64,000 bases of DNA from Camelus ferus (lineage: Eukaryota). How positions within the stretch are numbered: position 1 is the stretch's first letter; the number at the start of each line of letters is the position of its first letter. Under the pieces are notes generated by a model. It was not told the DNA's origin. It searched no databases and saw nothing but the letters and a program-made list of their open reading frames with translations. This document shows positions 49,661 through 61,900 of the stretch, piece by piece. The stretch covers positions 110,486,001 to 110,550,000 of the forward strand of contig NC_045697.1 of assembly GCF_009834535.1 (NCBI RefSeq), written 5' to 3'. The position numbers and the translations under genes are program-made.

Positions 49661-52149
49661 AGCTAAAAGCTTCTTTCCCCCTTTTGATCTGAATTAGTGA
49701 GGCAAGTGTCTACTATAAAGATAAATCTAGTATTAAATCTTTACTAAGTGCAACACTACTCTGGCCGACCTCATGTTAAACTTAGGTGACAGCGTTCACC
49801 CCATAGGTAGGAGGCTGACCCATCCATGGTAAGCGGTATCTAGATTTTTTTTTAACTTTACATTTACATATACCAAAGGGATGCATTCAGACAAGATAAA
49901 TGGTGCATAACCAACTAACATACTCCTTGTTGAAACTAACCACAACACATAATTCTTCGGCTTATTGCTATTATCTGTCTTTTTTTATGGCAGGTGAAGG
50001 CTTTCTTTAGTGAGTGGTTGATCTACACAATTGTCGAGGCCACTGTGTACAGACTATGGAGGGGAAACTTTATTTCATGGTCTCTCCCTCCTTGGACAGC
50101 TTCCAGGAGCCCCGCCTTGGCCCCTGGGTGGCTCCCCAGGGCACTCTCAGTTTTCCTGGGCTCTGCCCTGGGGTCTCAGCCTGGTCAGCCAGGGGCTTCC
50201 TGTGGGTGTTGTCCGTCTTAAGCATGCAATGTGTTCTTGAGAATCTCCCTGCTCTTGGACCCCCTCCCCTTCCCCTTGCAGGTACAGGCTGTGATACAGG
50301 TGGGGTCACTTGTCTTAGAGCCCTGGTGTCCTCTGAACATCGGTCAAAGAGTTCTCATCCCTCAACCATGTTACCTTCTTGGATATTCGAGTGCCTTGTG
50401 CCCATGTGCCCGCCCTTTGGAGCCCCGAAAAGGACAGTCACAGGCTTGCGGGTGATCAGGCCATCTTTGACGGGCTCTGCATCTGCCACGGGAGCTGGCA
50501 TTGGCTATTTCGCTAGTCATCTTGGGGTCCAACCAGACCTTTTTGCCAGACGCCGCAGGCGAGCCTCTTCTGAAGCCTGGTTACTCTCTTGGCTGTGGCC
50601 CAAGCACCGAAAGAAAAATAAGTTACTAAATTTTTTTTCTCTTAAAAAATACTCTCTTTTTTTTCTTTTCACAAAATAATTTTACAAGCCCACTGTGGCA
50701 AGACAAAATATCACCTGTAATCTGTCTGTTAATGTTACATAGAAACATTTTTCTTTTAGTAAAACTGGAACTCTCTATTTGCCATCAAAAACCACAGTGT
50801 TTCCCATGATGTGAATATTCCTGTGTAACAGAATTTTTAATGACTACAAAGTCGTCCACAATTTATTTAATCAATCCTGGAGTTTTAAATATTTTTCTAG
50901 CTGTGTAACTTCTCTCTTCCACATCTGAAAAATGAAGTCAATACTCATGCCAACTTTAAGGACTGTTATGAGAATTAAATGAATTAATTCACACGCAAAG
51001 TCTTAGAACAGTGCTGACTGATAATTCCTATCTAGACCATGACCACCATCAAGGCAAAGATCTTGTCTACCTTGTTCAATATAGTATCTCTAGGGTCTAA
51101 TTCTCAACTTGGCTCAGAGGAACCATTCAACAAATGGGATAGTAGTGTTAGTTTTAGTAGTACTGGTGGTAGACTTAAACTCTCAATAAATATTTGGTGA
51201 ATAAATTAATTAACATCCTTTTACTTATATACTGACAGAGAACTATTTTAAAATAATTCTATATATTAGGAAACTCTGTAATAAATTCCAGGGTAAGACA
51301 TTTTGTTTTTAAATGCTAAGAACTTTTTCATTGCCAGCTGGAAATTCAGTGAGTCTATCTTAATGCCAGGAGCAGCATTTTCCAACAAGTGTTCAATGGG
51401 TGTTCCTCGGGTTATTAATAGGTATTATATGAACCTGTTGGGTGATTAAATAAGTTTGCTAAACCTTAGGTTAAAAATAATTAAACAGTTATCTTTCCCA
51501 CAGAATATCTCTGAACTTTTAATAAGTGCACTGAGAATTTCTGAAAAGCGATGGAGTAGGTGGTGTTTCTCAAATTAATTTGATCACATAACCTTTTTCA
51601 TGGAGCATTTTCTGGTTCAAGTATTGTACTGAACACAGTTTGGGAATTCAAGGATGCTTTTGAAATATAGATAGCCCTGTTTTATAAACAAGGCATACGG
51701 GGAGTAGCCCGTATGAAAGGGACGAATATGAAGTGGATGCTATGCTGGACACTTTGCATGCAGTGTCTGTGGCAATCACTGATGCGGCTTAGCAAAAACA
51801 CAGGTGTCCACATTTTGGGTGCCTGTAGCATTATACCTCCTAGACCCCTTTGTTGGTAGCACCACGTGACCAGCCCCAGCTACCAAAATGTGATTGGACA
51901 GGACATATGTCAGTCTGCATTGCTTAACACTATCTATAATATTGTAGTTGATTAAAAAATAATTGGATGACTGGATTTTTTAAACTGAAAAGGGGAAATC
52001 AAGGGTCAGATAATCAGCACAGCTGTATCATTATTGATGGAGGATGTTACTGAAAGATGAGTTACTAGCATTGCCTATTCTGATGTTTAGTGCAGTTCTA
52101 TACTAGGAAGGCTACATCAAATTAATTTGGTGACTAGCATATTGATTCC

Positions 52150-52299
52150 TTTTTCTTCTTCTTCTTCTTTTTTTTTTGGTGGGGGAGGTTAATTAGGTTT
52201 ATTTGTTTGTTTGCTTTATTTTAATGGAGGTACTGGGGATTGAACCCAGGACCTCTTGCATGCTAAGCATGCACTCTACCACTGAGCTACACCCTCCCC
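52150..52299 (-). mobile_element. tRNA(Ala)-derived SINE (Vic-1-like)
   Basis: Well-preserved copy with intact A and B boxes, inserted in the T-rich tail of an L1. Confidence 0.9.
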
Positions 52300-52940
52300 T
52301 CCTTTTCTTTTTCAAAATTATTTTCATTTTTAAAGTTGAGTTATAATTGACATAACATTATGTTAGTTTCAGGTGTACAATGTAATGATTTAATATTTGT
52401 ATATAATGCAAAATGATCACCACAGTAAGTCTAGTTAACATCCACCTCCATTTATAGTTATAATTTTTTTCCTTGTGATGAGTACTTTTTAAGATCTGCT
52501 CTCACCAACTTTCAAATATACAACACAGTATTATTAACTATAGTCATTGTGCTATACATTACGTATCACATCCCCATGACTTATTTATTTTATAACTGCA
52601 AGTTTGTACCTTTTGACCCCCTTCATCCTTTTGCCCACCCCTCACCCCCTGCCTCTGGGAAACACTAATCTGTTTTCTGTATCTGTAAGCTTCTTTTTCT
52701 TTTTTTTTTTTCTTTTCTTTCCTTTCTTTTCCTTCCTTCCTTCCCTTTCTTCCTTTCTTTTTCTTTTTCTTTCTTTCCTTTCTTTCTTTCTTCCTTCCTT
52801 TCCACACATGAGTAAGGTCATATGATACTCATCTTTCTCTGTGTGACTTATTCACTTAGCATAACACCCTCAAGTTTCAACCATCTTGTCACAAATGCTG
52901 AGATTTCATTCTTTTTTATAGCTGAGTAATATTCCATTGT
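52300..52940 (-). mobile_element. Older LINE-1 3' end with internal pyrimidine microsatellite
   Basis: Typical L1 3' sequence (GTTAGTTTCAGGTGTACAA...GCTGAGTAATATTCCATTGT) with a (TTTC/TTCC)n tract at about 52690-52802. Confidence 0.8.
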
Positions 52941-54809
52941 GTGTGGGAGTGTGGGTGTGTGTGCACCCACACACACCCACACTGCATTTTTTTCCCATTA
53001 TAATAGCCATCTTTATTTGTAAAAATCCAGATATAAAATGCATTCTTTCAGTCTTTCTGAGTTTTCGTTTTTACAAAAGCAAAGAGGCACATAAAAACCT
53101 TCCCTGCTGTCATTCCCACAGATGGATGTTTCTCAGGCAGCCCTCCCAGTTTCTTTATCCATTCATCCATCAACAATTAGGTTGTTTCCGTGCCTTGAGG
53201 CCATATAAAGTGAGGCCTTAGTTATGGGTTTACTCCCTGTATAGACCCTTTATCTATGTATAGAGATCTCTATTTCTGATTGGCTGCCTTAGAAAGATAG
53301 ATTTAATCATGGGAGGTACACTTACTGGATGTAAAGATGTGCTGGTGTAACCTATCACTGAAATTGAAAAAAAAAGCACTCTTCTACTTTATAATCCCAC
53401 AGTTTATTAATTTCCCACAGTTATTCACCTTTCTGGCATTTACAGAGCTCACCTTCTGTTTTCTCCCTCATCAAGTATCTTTCAACTTTTGTCTTCCTTT
53501 CAGTCAAAAACACCTCTATATATCTTCTTTCTTCCGATTCGTTTGGATCACCTTTCCCATAAACTTGCAAATAAACTTACAACAAACCTAATTTGGGTTC
53601 TGTTCCTGAAAAATAATTCAAGTTGTTCTAAGTGTTTTTAAAGATCCTCTTCTCTAGAAGCCTTGAGAAATGTTAAAGGTCATTCCTTTAATTTTACATG
53701 TAGTAATTTATAGGCTGTGGGTAATAAAAGATTTGGAAGGAATCTGACCAAAAGGACATAAAATGTACGTATCAGAGGGGTTATTAAATAACACTGTCTT
53801 ATCTAAAACAGGGTTCTATGGCCTGATTCTAATGTCTATTGAGAAGCTTTTGTTTGGTTGGTTTCCTTTATATGTGGAGGGAAAGAGAAAGGAAACAAGA
53901 AAATTGGAAACGTAAAACAACCCTTCAGTCTACTTCCAGGAACATCTTTTGTACCTTGCAAGATAACATCTCCCCCTAGTGACATTTTAAGGATTCTGCA
54001 GCAACTTCTAAAAAAAAAATGATTGAGGTTTCCAGACCAATACGTCTAACACACTTTCAGCTAGTTTAACCTTAAGCATGTGTATTTAGGATTAATTACT
54101 CCAAATTGAGACGGCACAAACATGAAAGTTAAGAATGTGGGGAATCGTTTTTTGGAGAAATAAAAGAGAAGCCAGAAATAATAATAAATATGATAGAATG
54201 ATTATCACCCTCGTAGTTCTTAAATTGGAGAAATTACATGCTAAAAAAAAAAGCTAAGGAGGTATATTCTATCAGTCTAGCTTGTTGCTTTACTTTGAAT
54301 GCATGCAGCCTAGATAAATGAGATTAGTATTGATTGACTGAAGGCGGAGTGTTTAGGAAAGAGTATTTGCTGAGCTTTCAGTGTGCACTGGGTAATATGC
54401 CACTTCTTTCTGGACACACTTTGGGACAGTATAACATTGTGGTTATGACTGCAGGTTTCAGAGCCAAACTTGGGCCACTTACTTACTGTATGACCTTAAA
54501 TAAACTATGTAAGCGTTATGTGTCTCAGTTTCCCTATCTGTAAAGTGGGGCTAGCATGCTTGCCAAAGTTACTGTGAGAATTAAATGAATTGTGCGAAAA
54601 TCCCTTAAGGTTGTTTCTGCACATAGTAAGTGCTCATTATTTGTTAAGATCATCATTAAAACCTCACAATCCCCATTTTAAACTGGGGCTCAGAGAAGTT
54701 ATTTATTTGTCTAAGATGTCACAATCGAAATGGTAAATAAGGATTTGAGCCCAGATTTGTATGACTCCAAACTTCTTGCTAATTCCTCACTGCTGGAGTA
54801 TGATTAAGT

Positions 54810-54855
54810 AGAGAGAGAGAGAGAGAGAGAGGGAGGGATAGACAGACACACACAC
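54810..54855. repeat. (GA)n/(CA)n compound microsatellite
   Basis: Visible dinucleotide runs. Confidence 0.9.
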
Positions 54856-55539
54856 CTGTTAGCAAAGAAAACTTAAGACATTCATTAGTGCCTAGAACTA
54901 ACAGAGACAACAAACTGAAATCACACGTTAGTGTAGAAGAAAGCTCCTTAAGGTTGGGAATTAGGGGGCCTGTGTTACTGTGTAACTCTGGATTATTCTG
55001 GGTATCAAGTTCCTTCTTTGCTAAAGGAGAAGCTACTTGATCTAGGTTCTTTCCAGTTCTAAAATTCTGTAGGTCTGCAGAGTTGGTTCCTGAAAGTCGT
55101 CTTTTTCTTCCCTTGTCTGCCATTTAATCCCAAGCTCGATTTTAAAAGGAGGCAACATTCAGGGTTATGTGGGTAGAATGGCACCCAGCCATATCCATGA
55201 AAGCTGGTTTTACACAAGCATAAACCTGGTGGTCAAGCAGACCACCAAATCACTCTCCACACTGATTCGTGTTAGAGTCCAGCCTATTACTAGGTCTCCT
55301 GATTCCACCCATTTTATTAGGCATAAAAACCATTTAATCTGTATACATCTAGTCCTATTTGCAAATCTGCCTTTTAGCCTTATACCTACTCACCCCTAGC
55401 CCAAGTCCGTATTTAAAAAGGTCCATAGTATATGACTGTCTTGGGTCAAGCTAGCAGTTTAAAACTTGAAAACTCTGAGAAAAAGGACTTTTACAGTGTA
55501 TCCATATTCCCCCCAAGTAAGAGAAGTACGGAAGTTCAA

Positions 55540-56760
55540 ATCACAGTTCTCGTGTTTGAACGCCTTCACAAAACTCGCAGGTCCCTCTACTGGGATCAGT
55601 CTCTGTCCACCCGCCCCCTAAAACTCGCTCTTCTCGCCCCAATTGGCTAAAGAGTCTGTCACTCCAAGCACTTTTTTCTCCCCTCCCAAGAGCCATCCCC
55701 AGATTTAAACCTTGGCCCCGCCCACTCCCCCGCCCTCATCCCCGGGGCGGGTCACTGATTGGCCGGGGGGCCACTCCGCGTGGGGCTGCCTAGGTCCCCC
55801 GCGCGCGGCGCCCGCTGGGAGCCCAGCCTAGGCGCGAGGACCGCGCGAGCTCCTCCCCGCGAGCCCCCTCCCCCCTGCGGCGACCCCCCGCTGTTGACCG
55901 ACTGGTCCCCGAAACGGTGGCGGCGGTTTATGGTCGTTGGTCCCAGGGATTTTGGACCAACCTTGGAAGACCCGAAGGGGTGAGGAGGGGATGGGGGCCG
56001 CGGGGTCGCTGCCAAACCGCTGGTAACGGCTGGAGACCCTGCCTCCTGGCCGCAAGAAGCCCTGTCCGACCCGCTGCCACGGCAATTACGCAGTGGGGAC
56101 CCACGCCCGGCTGGAGACTGTGTCCGCCGGCGGCGCGCGTCCTCTCTCCTAGCCCCGTCGAGCAGCGGGAGCACAGGTGCCTTTGGCAGCTGGGCTTCCC
56201 GCCCCGGGAGCATCTTTTGACCTGACAGCCCCTGCCGTCGCCGCTGGCGCCGCGGGGCCCGGCCGGCCGTCTGGCCCCAGCTCCGCGTCCCCTCGGGGCC
56301 CCTAGGCGGCTGCTTCCGCCCCGCGGCGCCCTGCCCTCTCTCCGCCTTATTTCCGCCCTCCCCCGCCGCCTTCCGGCCGCTTCCCACCTGCTGCGCTCCA
56401 TGTTCTTCTCCTAACACTCTTGCTCCGTCGACCGCCGCAGGTCTAGGCCGCCCGCCTGCCCTCCCGGCCCTGCGGCCCTTGTCGAGCCTCGCGTCCCGTC
56501 TGGAGGCTCTGGGACGACGCCCCGACTGCTGGGTGAGGTTTGACATTCACGTCGTCGTTTCATCGCGTCCTAACGGGGATGAGCCTCGAACTTTCCTCCG
56601 TGCCCTTGACTCTCTCTTCTGTTCCTCTCCTGGTGCTCCCTTGCGTGTCCGGTGTTGACGTGGCGGCCTGCGGGTGGAGGGGACGATAACTGACCGTCTC
56701 CCCCGCGACACGCGGCGCGCAGCCATGGACGGGAGCACACGCAATACTGCCGTTTTTGTT
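55540..56760 (+). promoter_or_regulatory. RBM46: CpG-island promoter and probable non-coding first exon of the next gene, probably RBM46
   Basis: Second dense CpG island with GC boxes, CCAAT/ATTGG and a candidate donor TGG|GTGAGG at 56532/56533, followed by AT-rich intron-like DNA. Gene identity is inferred only from the mammalian order LRAT-RBM46. Confidence 0.55.
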
Positions 56761-58772
56761 TCCTAGCACCAGACGGTTTTAATTACTAATTTAAAAAATA
56801 TTTTCTTTGGGGCAGTGGACGGACTACTGAACCTGGAGTCAGGAGACCTGGGATTTCATCCTGGCATCGGTATTAATTCTGAGATCCTTGTGAAGCTGCT
56901 TGATTTATTTGGGCACCAGCTCATATGTGAATTTAGTTTAGCTAAGATTGATGTTTCTTTAATCTCGCTTTCTTTACATTCTGGATATTCTGTAGTCTTT
57001 ATCGTATATGGCGATTTTAATACGGACCAGTATCACAGAGGGGTCATCAGCAGGTGCTTTTTAAGACGGCTTATTTTACAAGTCTGTCCCGCTTTGTGTT
57101 TGAGGATGGCTACAGAATCAGGAAGCAAGGTATCCTGCGTGTATAAGTAGACTAACATATAAATAATATTTGGGTGCTGATAGAATTTTGGTTATTTAAA
57201 TAATAGGAAGATATTTTCAAGAATCACTACAATGTGTAGTTGAGGAGTTGGACAGACTTCCACTTAGAGCCTTTCAGAATTAAAGCTCATCATGGGCTCA
57301 TTAATGGTGGACTCCTTTCCAGGGTACACGTTTAAAACATTCTGTTTTAAAATTACTTTATTTGCAATTATTTGCTATTATAGATATAAAGATTATTAAA
57401 TATTAGCAATGCCTTAGTTTCTGCTTAATCGCTAATTTTCATTTAAGAGAGTGGAGTATTGGACTTGAACATTATTGCCAAAGATTATAATACGTACCAA
57501 CACTTGCTGTATAAAAGATATATTTTACTGAAATACAAGCATTACTGGATATATTAGGAGGTAAGAATTTTTACTAACAAGAATATGCCCAATTTAATGG
57601 ACCAAAATTAGGTCTCATATTTTTAATGGTGTCACTTTTGTTATCAGGAAACTAGACATGCTGGTTTAAGGAGGGTTTGTGACTACAAATCATGTAATTG
57701 GTGTAAAATCTGGACAGATTTGCGTATTAATGCTGGGTGTTGTTTCGCATTTTATTTTACTACCTGATGGTGAAGCAAGAAAATGAGGGAGGAAAATATG
57801 ATTTCTGTGTTCAAATTGTGACAGATTTCAGATGACAGATTATAGAAGACCTTTCCTAAACAGTAGTAGTGTGTAATTTTGTAGTGTTGTATTAGAGTTT
57901 TGGTTCTGTTGTGGATAGCTTTATCCTAAGTTCAAAGAGCACACTACAATGTTATATTCTAAGTGATATCTTAAAAATTTATTATTACAATTATTTTTAA
58001 AGTAGTTCAATTTTTAAATCTTTTCTAAATTTAAATTTGCCTTCCACAGCATTATTAGAGGTTGTGAAACACCAAGTACTAAAGCTTTTTAAAACTATAT
58101 CTTTAACTTCTAGGAATAAAAATGTTGTCTCATTCTTTAACAAAAGTAATTGAAAATGGAATTCAGTTGATCCATCTATATACCCTTTTATTTTGAAATA
58201 ATGTTAGAATTACACATCCATATACTTTTGATTAATCCTTCTCATTTTCCAGCAACGTTGCTGTAGTGCAGTCTGTTAACTGAAATGAGTTGTTGCTAAA
58301 AAACCTCCATTGACCTGGCAAGCATAGTCTCAGTGTACCATGCTCACTGACAACTGAACAAGTCGGGAATGTAATGCCATGTAATTTAAGGATGCCTTAA
58401 AGATCTAAATGTGCTTTCTATAAATGTATTTTGATATCTTAAGAATTCATGTTTTTTTCACCATTACATTCAGTTTTTAAAAATCATAGTAAAATTTATA
58501 AAGTGTTCCTTTTCACATCATAAAGTTTTACAGTAATTCAGAAGATGAAGTTTCAATTTAAGTAGTTTGAACACAGCTGACACAAATTTCTTTAGATAAA
58601 TGATTCTCATTTATATTTTGCTAAAATTGTGCTTATCACTTTTTCATTAATATATTTTCTGTTTTGAAAGGCAGTCAGAATTTGAAAATTTATATTTTTG
58701 TTAATGCTTCACATTAATGAAGATAGAGTTTGCATTTCAAGGTAAAGGCTTGATTCAGATTGCTGCTGGAGT

Positions 58773-58903
58773 GGGGAGGGTATAGCACATGCTTAGCATG
58801 CACAAGGCCCTGGATTCAACCCCCAGTGCCTCCATTTAAAAAAGTATTAAATAAATAAACCTTTTAGCTCACACCCCCTGCCCCCCCCCAAGAAAACCCC
58901 CCG
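58773..58903 (+). mobile_element. tRNA-derived SINE (Vic-1-like) with internal A-box deletion
   Basis: GGGGAGGGTATAGC...CTTAGCATGCAC...; perfect 13-bp TSD GATTGCTGCTGGA (58758-58770, 58904-58916). Confidence 0.88.
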
Positions 58904-61900
58904 GATTGCTGCTGGAATGTCTATCCTGTGATTGACTATGGTATATTAGCCGTCTGTTTTATATCTTAGTGGGGTTTTTTTTTTTCTTTTTTCTTTTAGT
59001 TTTGAAACTGAGATGGAAAGGAACCTTTAAAAGTCTAAAGTTTGGAAAAAAAGATATATCAGTGAAAGCTAGAGATTATATATGCTGCAACAATTTTTAA
59101 TCTACCCTTCCCTTTTTTTTTTTTTTGCTTGCATAAACCATGTATGCCATTCTCTTCCATTGGACCCTTCTTCTCTTACTGAGGTTCCCTGGGTCAGCAG
59201 GGTAAGGAAGAAAGTTTGTAAAACACTTAGGACTGTGAATCCACAGCTGAAAGTTGCAGAGAACTAATTGGGCCTGGAAGCTTCAGTTGGTATGTCAGCT
59301 TTGCCGTAATGTGTAGGACGGCTCTGCTTTGGAATTTTGGTAACTCTCAAATTGATTCTGGAAATTTTGAGGTAAATATACTGTATGTCTGTTTTAGATT
59401 GGATTTGTATTTCTCTGGTTGAGGCTCTTGAATTCTGGCTCTTTTAGAGATGTATCTTGGGTAAATTAAATATAGTCTTAATGTTAGATATTTTTGAACT
59501 TTCTTAATTTTGAATTAGATAGTTGTATATGTGACTTTTGTTTTGGAGGCTTTAAGATAAGAACATATTCCTTTTTAAAGATAGGATGGGATTGGTGACT
59601 CTCCAGTGTATCTTATACTTCTGTAATTACAAGTTTTTATATTTTGATTGAGATTTCTTGAAATGTACTAAATATAGCATATGTTTCTATTATTTCTCTA
59701 GTTAAAAGAGTCTTTATTGTGGGGACTGGCCTGTTATTTCAACATGAGACTCTAAATAATGTCCTTAAAAATATAACTTTAGAGACACGGATTAACCCAA
59801 AGTTTGTCATAAAGTAATTGCAGGGGTGGGTTGGGTCTCAGAAATCAGCCATTTAGAGCAGGCTATGCGTTACAGTTTTAACAACAACAAAAAAAAGTCC
59901 AGAACTTTTTTGGATAAAATGGAATCAGAAGCCATATTTATCTGTAGCTTTCACAGGCAGTAAACTGCATGTGTAAGGTAGCATATTTAGTTCTAGAGTC
60001 TTTTTCCCTCATCCTTTTTCCTACAGGATGTTTTAAGAATGGAAATCTCACACTTTCCTATTCTCCACATTGTATCAACATGGTGTCTTCAGTGTAATGG
60101 GCCAGGATGATGTCCTGTGGGATGTACAGGCCACTAAGGTCCCTCTAGACTAAATGATGGAAGAGAGCCAGAGTTTATAAATCTGTGACAGTGTGAGCCC
60201 CACGTCTTTTCAGTTACTAGTTTTGTGACCTTAAGCAAATTTCTTTACCTTATTTACTCTTGATTTTCCTGTGTATAAAGTTGAAAGTGGTTTAAGGTCC
60301 AGTTGCAGTTCTAATAGTTTCTTAATGTAAAGTCTTCAGTGATGGTATAATGGCAAAACCTAGAATAAAAATAATCTTAAATGGAAAAGGGTAGTTTGTC
60401 ATTTAGAATGTGTTTAATTTTAAAGGAATGATAGTAGAAAAATTGCTTTTATTTAAAGACAAGAGGCTGGTTAACTAATCTTTATCTCATTAATGATTCT
60501 GATTGTTAAAGAGTAACATCTCTTTTATTAGAATCTGTTAATAATACATTGATTTATTTATTGGATTTGTTGTCACATAAATGAAATATGTCCCTGAAGT
60601 AGTGTAAGGTACACAGTTAGCTGAATATACAGACTTAAGACTTTTCCTTTGATACGACTTCTTTCCTATTTCCTAGTTCTGCCATTTAATAAATAAATGA
60701 GGCCAGTTAATTAGAAGAATCCAAAATCTATATAAAGAGAAATGAGACAATACCTGCCCTGATGAAATGTACATGGAAGGAGGAATTGAGGAAAAGCTGG
60801 AGTGCTTTTCACCTTTCTTAGAGATGGGCCATTACAATATAGCTTTATTATTATTATTTTAAAGTTTCTTTAGAATGTCACATATATCTATTCTACTAAT
60901 GTGAATATATTTTTAAAATGAATTATCAGGACCCAAATTATGTTAATGCGTGGATATTGTATTTCATTGTTAAGGATGACAGGATGTTGACTCAATGTTG
61001 AATACTGTTACTATTCACTGGTCAGACCCGGGCAGTTTTAAGTTGTTTTCTGATTATATTTGGAAAGGTAGCTCTTAAATAAGCTTGTAAATGTTAAAGT
61101 TGTATCTTGGAAGAAGGGGCTAAGTTAGGTCCTCTCACTGAAAGGGCGCAAGTGGGTAAGAGATCAGGGGGGAGGGGAGGAAGAAGTGGTGGATTGAACC
61201 TAAAAAGGTGAAATTCAGTATGATTCTAAAATCATACTGATTTGTGGGATTTTTTTTTTTTTTTGACAGTATGCTTAATTTGCACTGTCAATATCATGCA
61301 GCTGTGCAGAACACTGATGTCTTTCTCGGTACTAATGGGCTTTCCCATTTTGGCCATCATACTTTTAAAGGAAAAAGAGGATAGTGAGAGAACATGAAAC
61401 AGTACCATATAAGAAGCAGTTAACACACCATTTTCCAAATGGTTCTATAGAAAGTTAACAGAGGCACCAAGGAAAATTAGGGTATCATACTGAAATGTTT
61501 GGGAAACAATGAGTTAGACAAAGCTCTAAAAGGTTTATTTTAACTAAAACTTTTCATGGCCTTACGTATGTTGGTGAGCATTGTGGTATTCTTAAGAGGG
61601 AGGTATAGTGATTCTTGGATGTATTTAGGCATAGAACACATCTTTGAGGCCTATCTGTTAATAGCTTCTGGAATAATCATTTTAGAGACATCATTTTAGG
61701 AAATACTGGATTAAAGAAACTGGTAATGTTTAGCCTGGAGAAGAGGAGAATCGTTTTTCAAATGCAGTTACATGAAACAGACATGTTCAGTTTGACCAGA
61801 AAGATAAAATCAGGACCTATAGGTGAAAGTTACAAGGAAAGAGATTATAATCCACTAAAAGGAAGAACTTTCTTAAAGAGTTAACCAAAGTAATGTTGCT

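Noticed and set aside
50014..50679. 221-aa ORF
   Set aside because: Non-ATG start, no recognisable motif or splice context, and overlapping ORFs in other frames.
51674..51715. Two adjacent small hairpins (second: CATACGGG-6 nt-CCCGTATG)
   Set aside because: Short stems at chance frequency; no resemblance to a known ncRNA.
52225..52299. tRNA-Ala gene (also at 15.2, 40.6, 43.5 and 58.8 kb)
   Set aside because: All copies share the same non-tRNA tail and some have TSDs, so they are SINEs.
55752..56769. Long ORFs (up to 264 aa) in the second CpG island
   Set aside because: Low-complexity Arg/Gly/Pro/Ala sequence in overlapping frames on both strands, typical of stop-poor GC-rich DNA; no recognisable domain.
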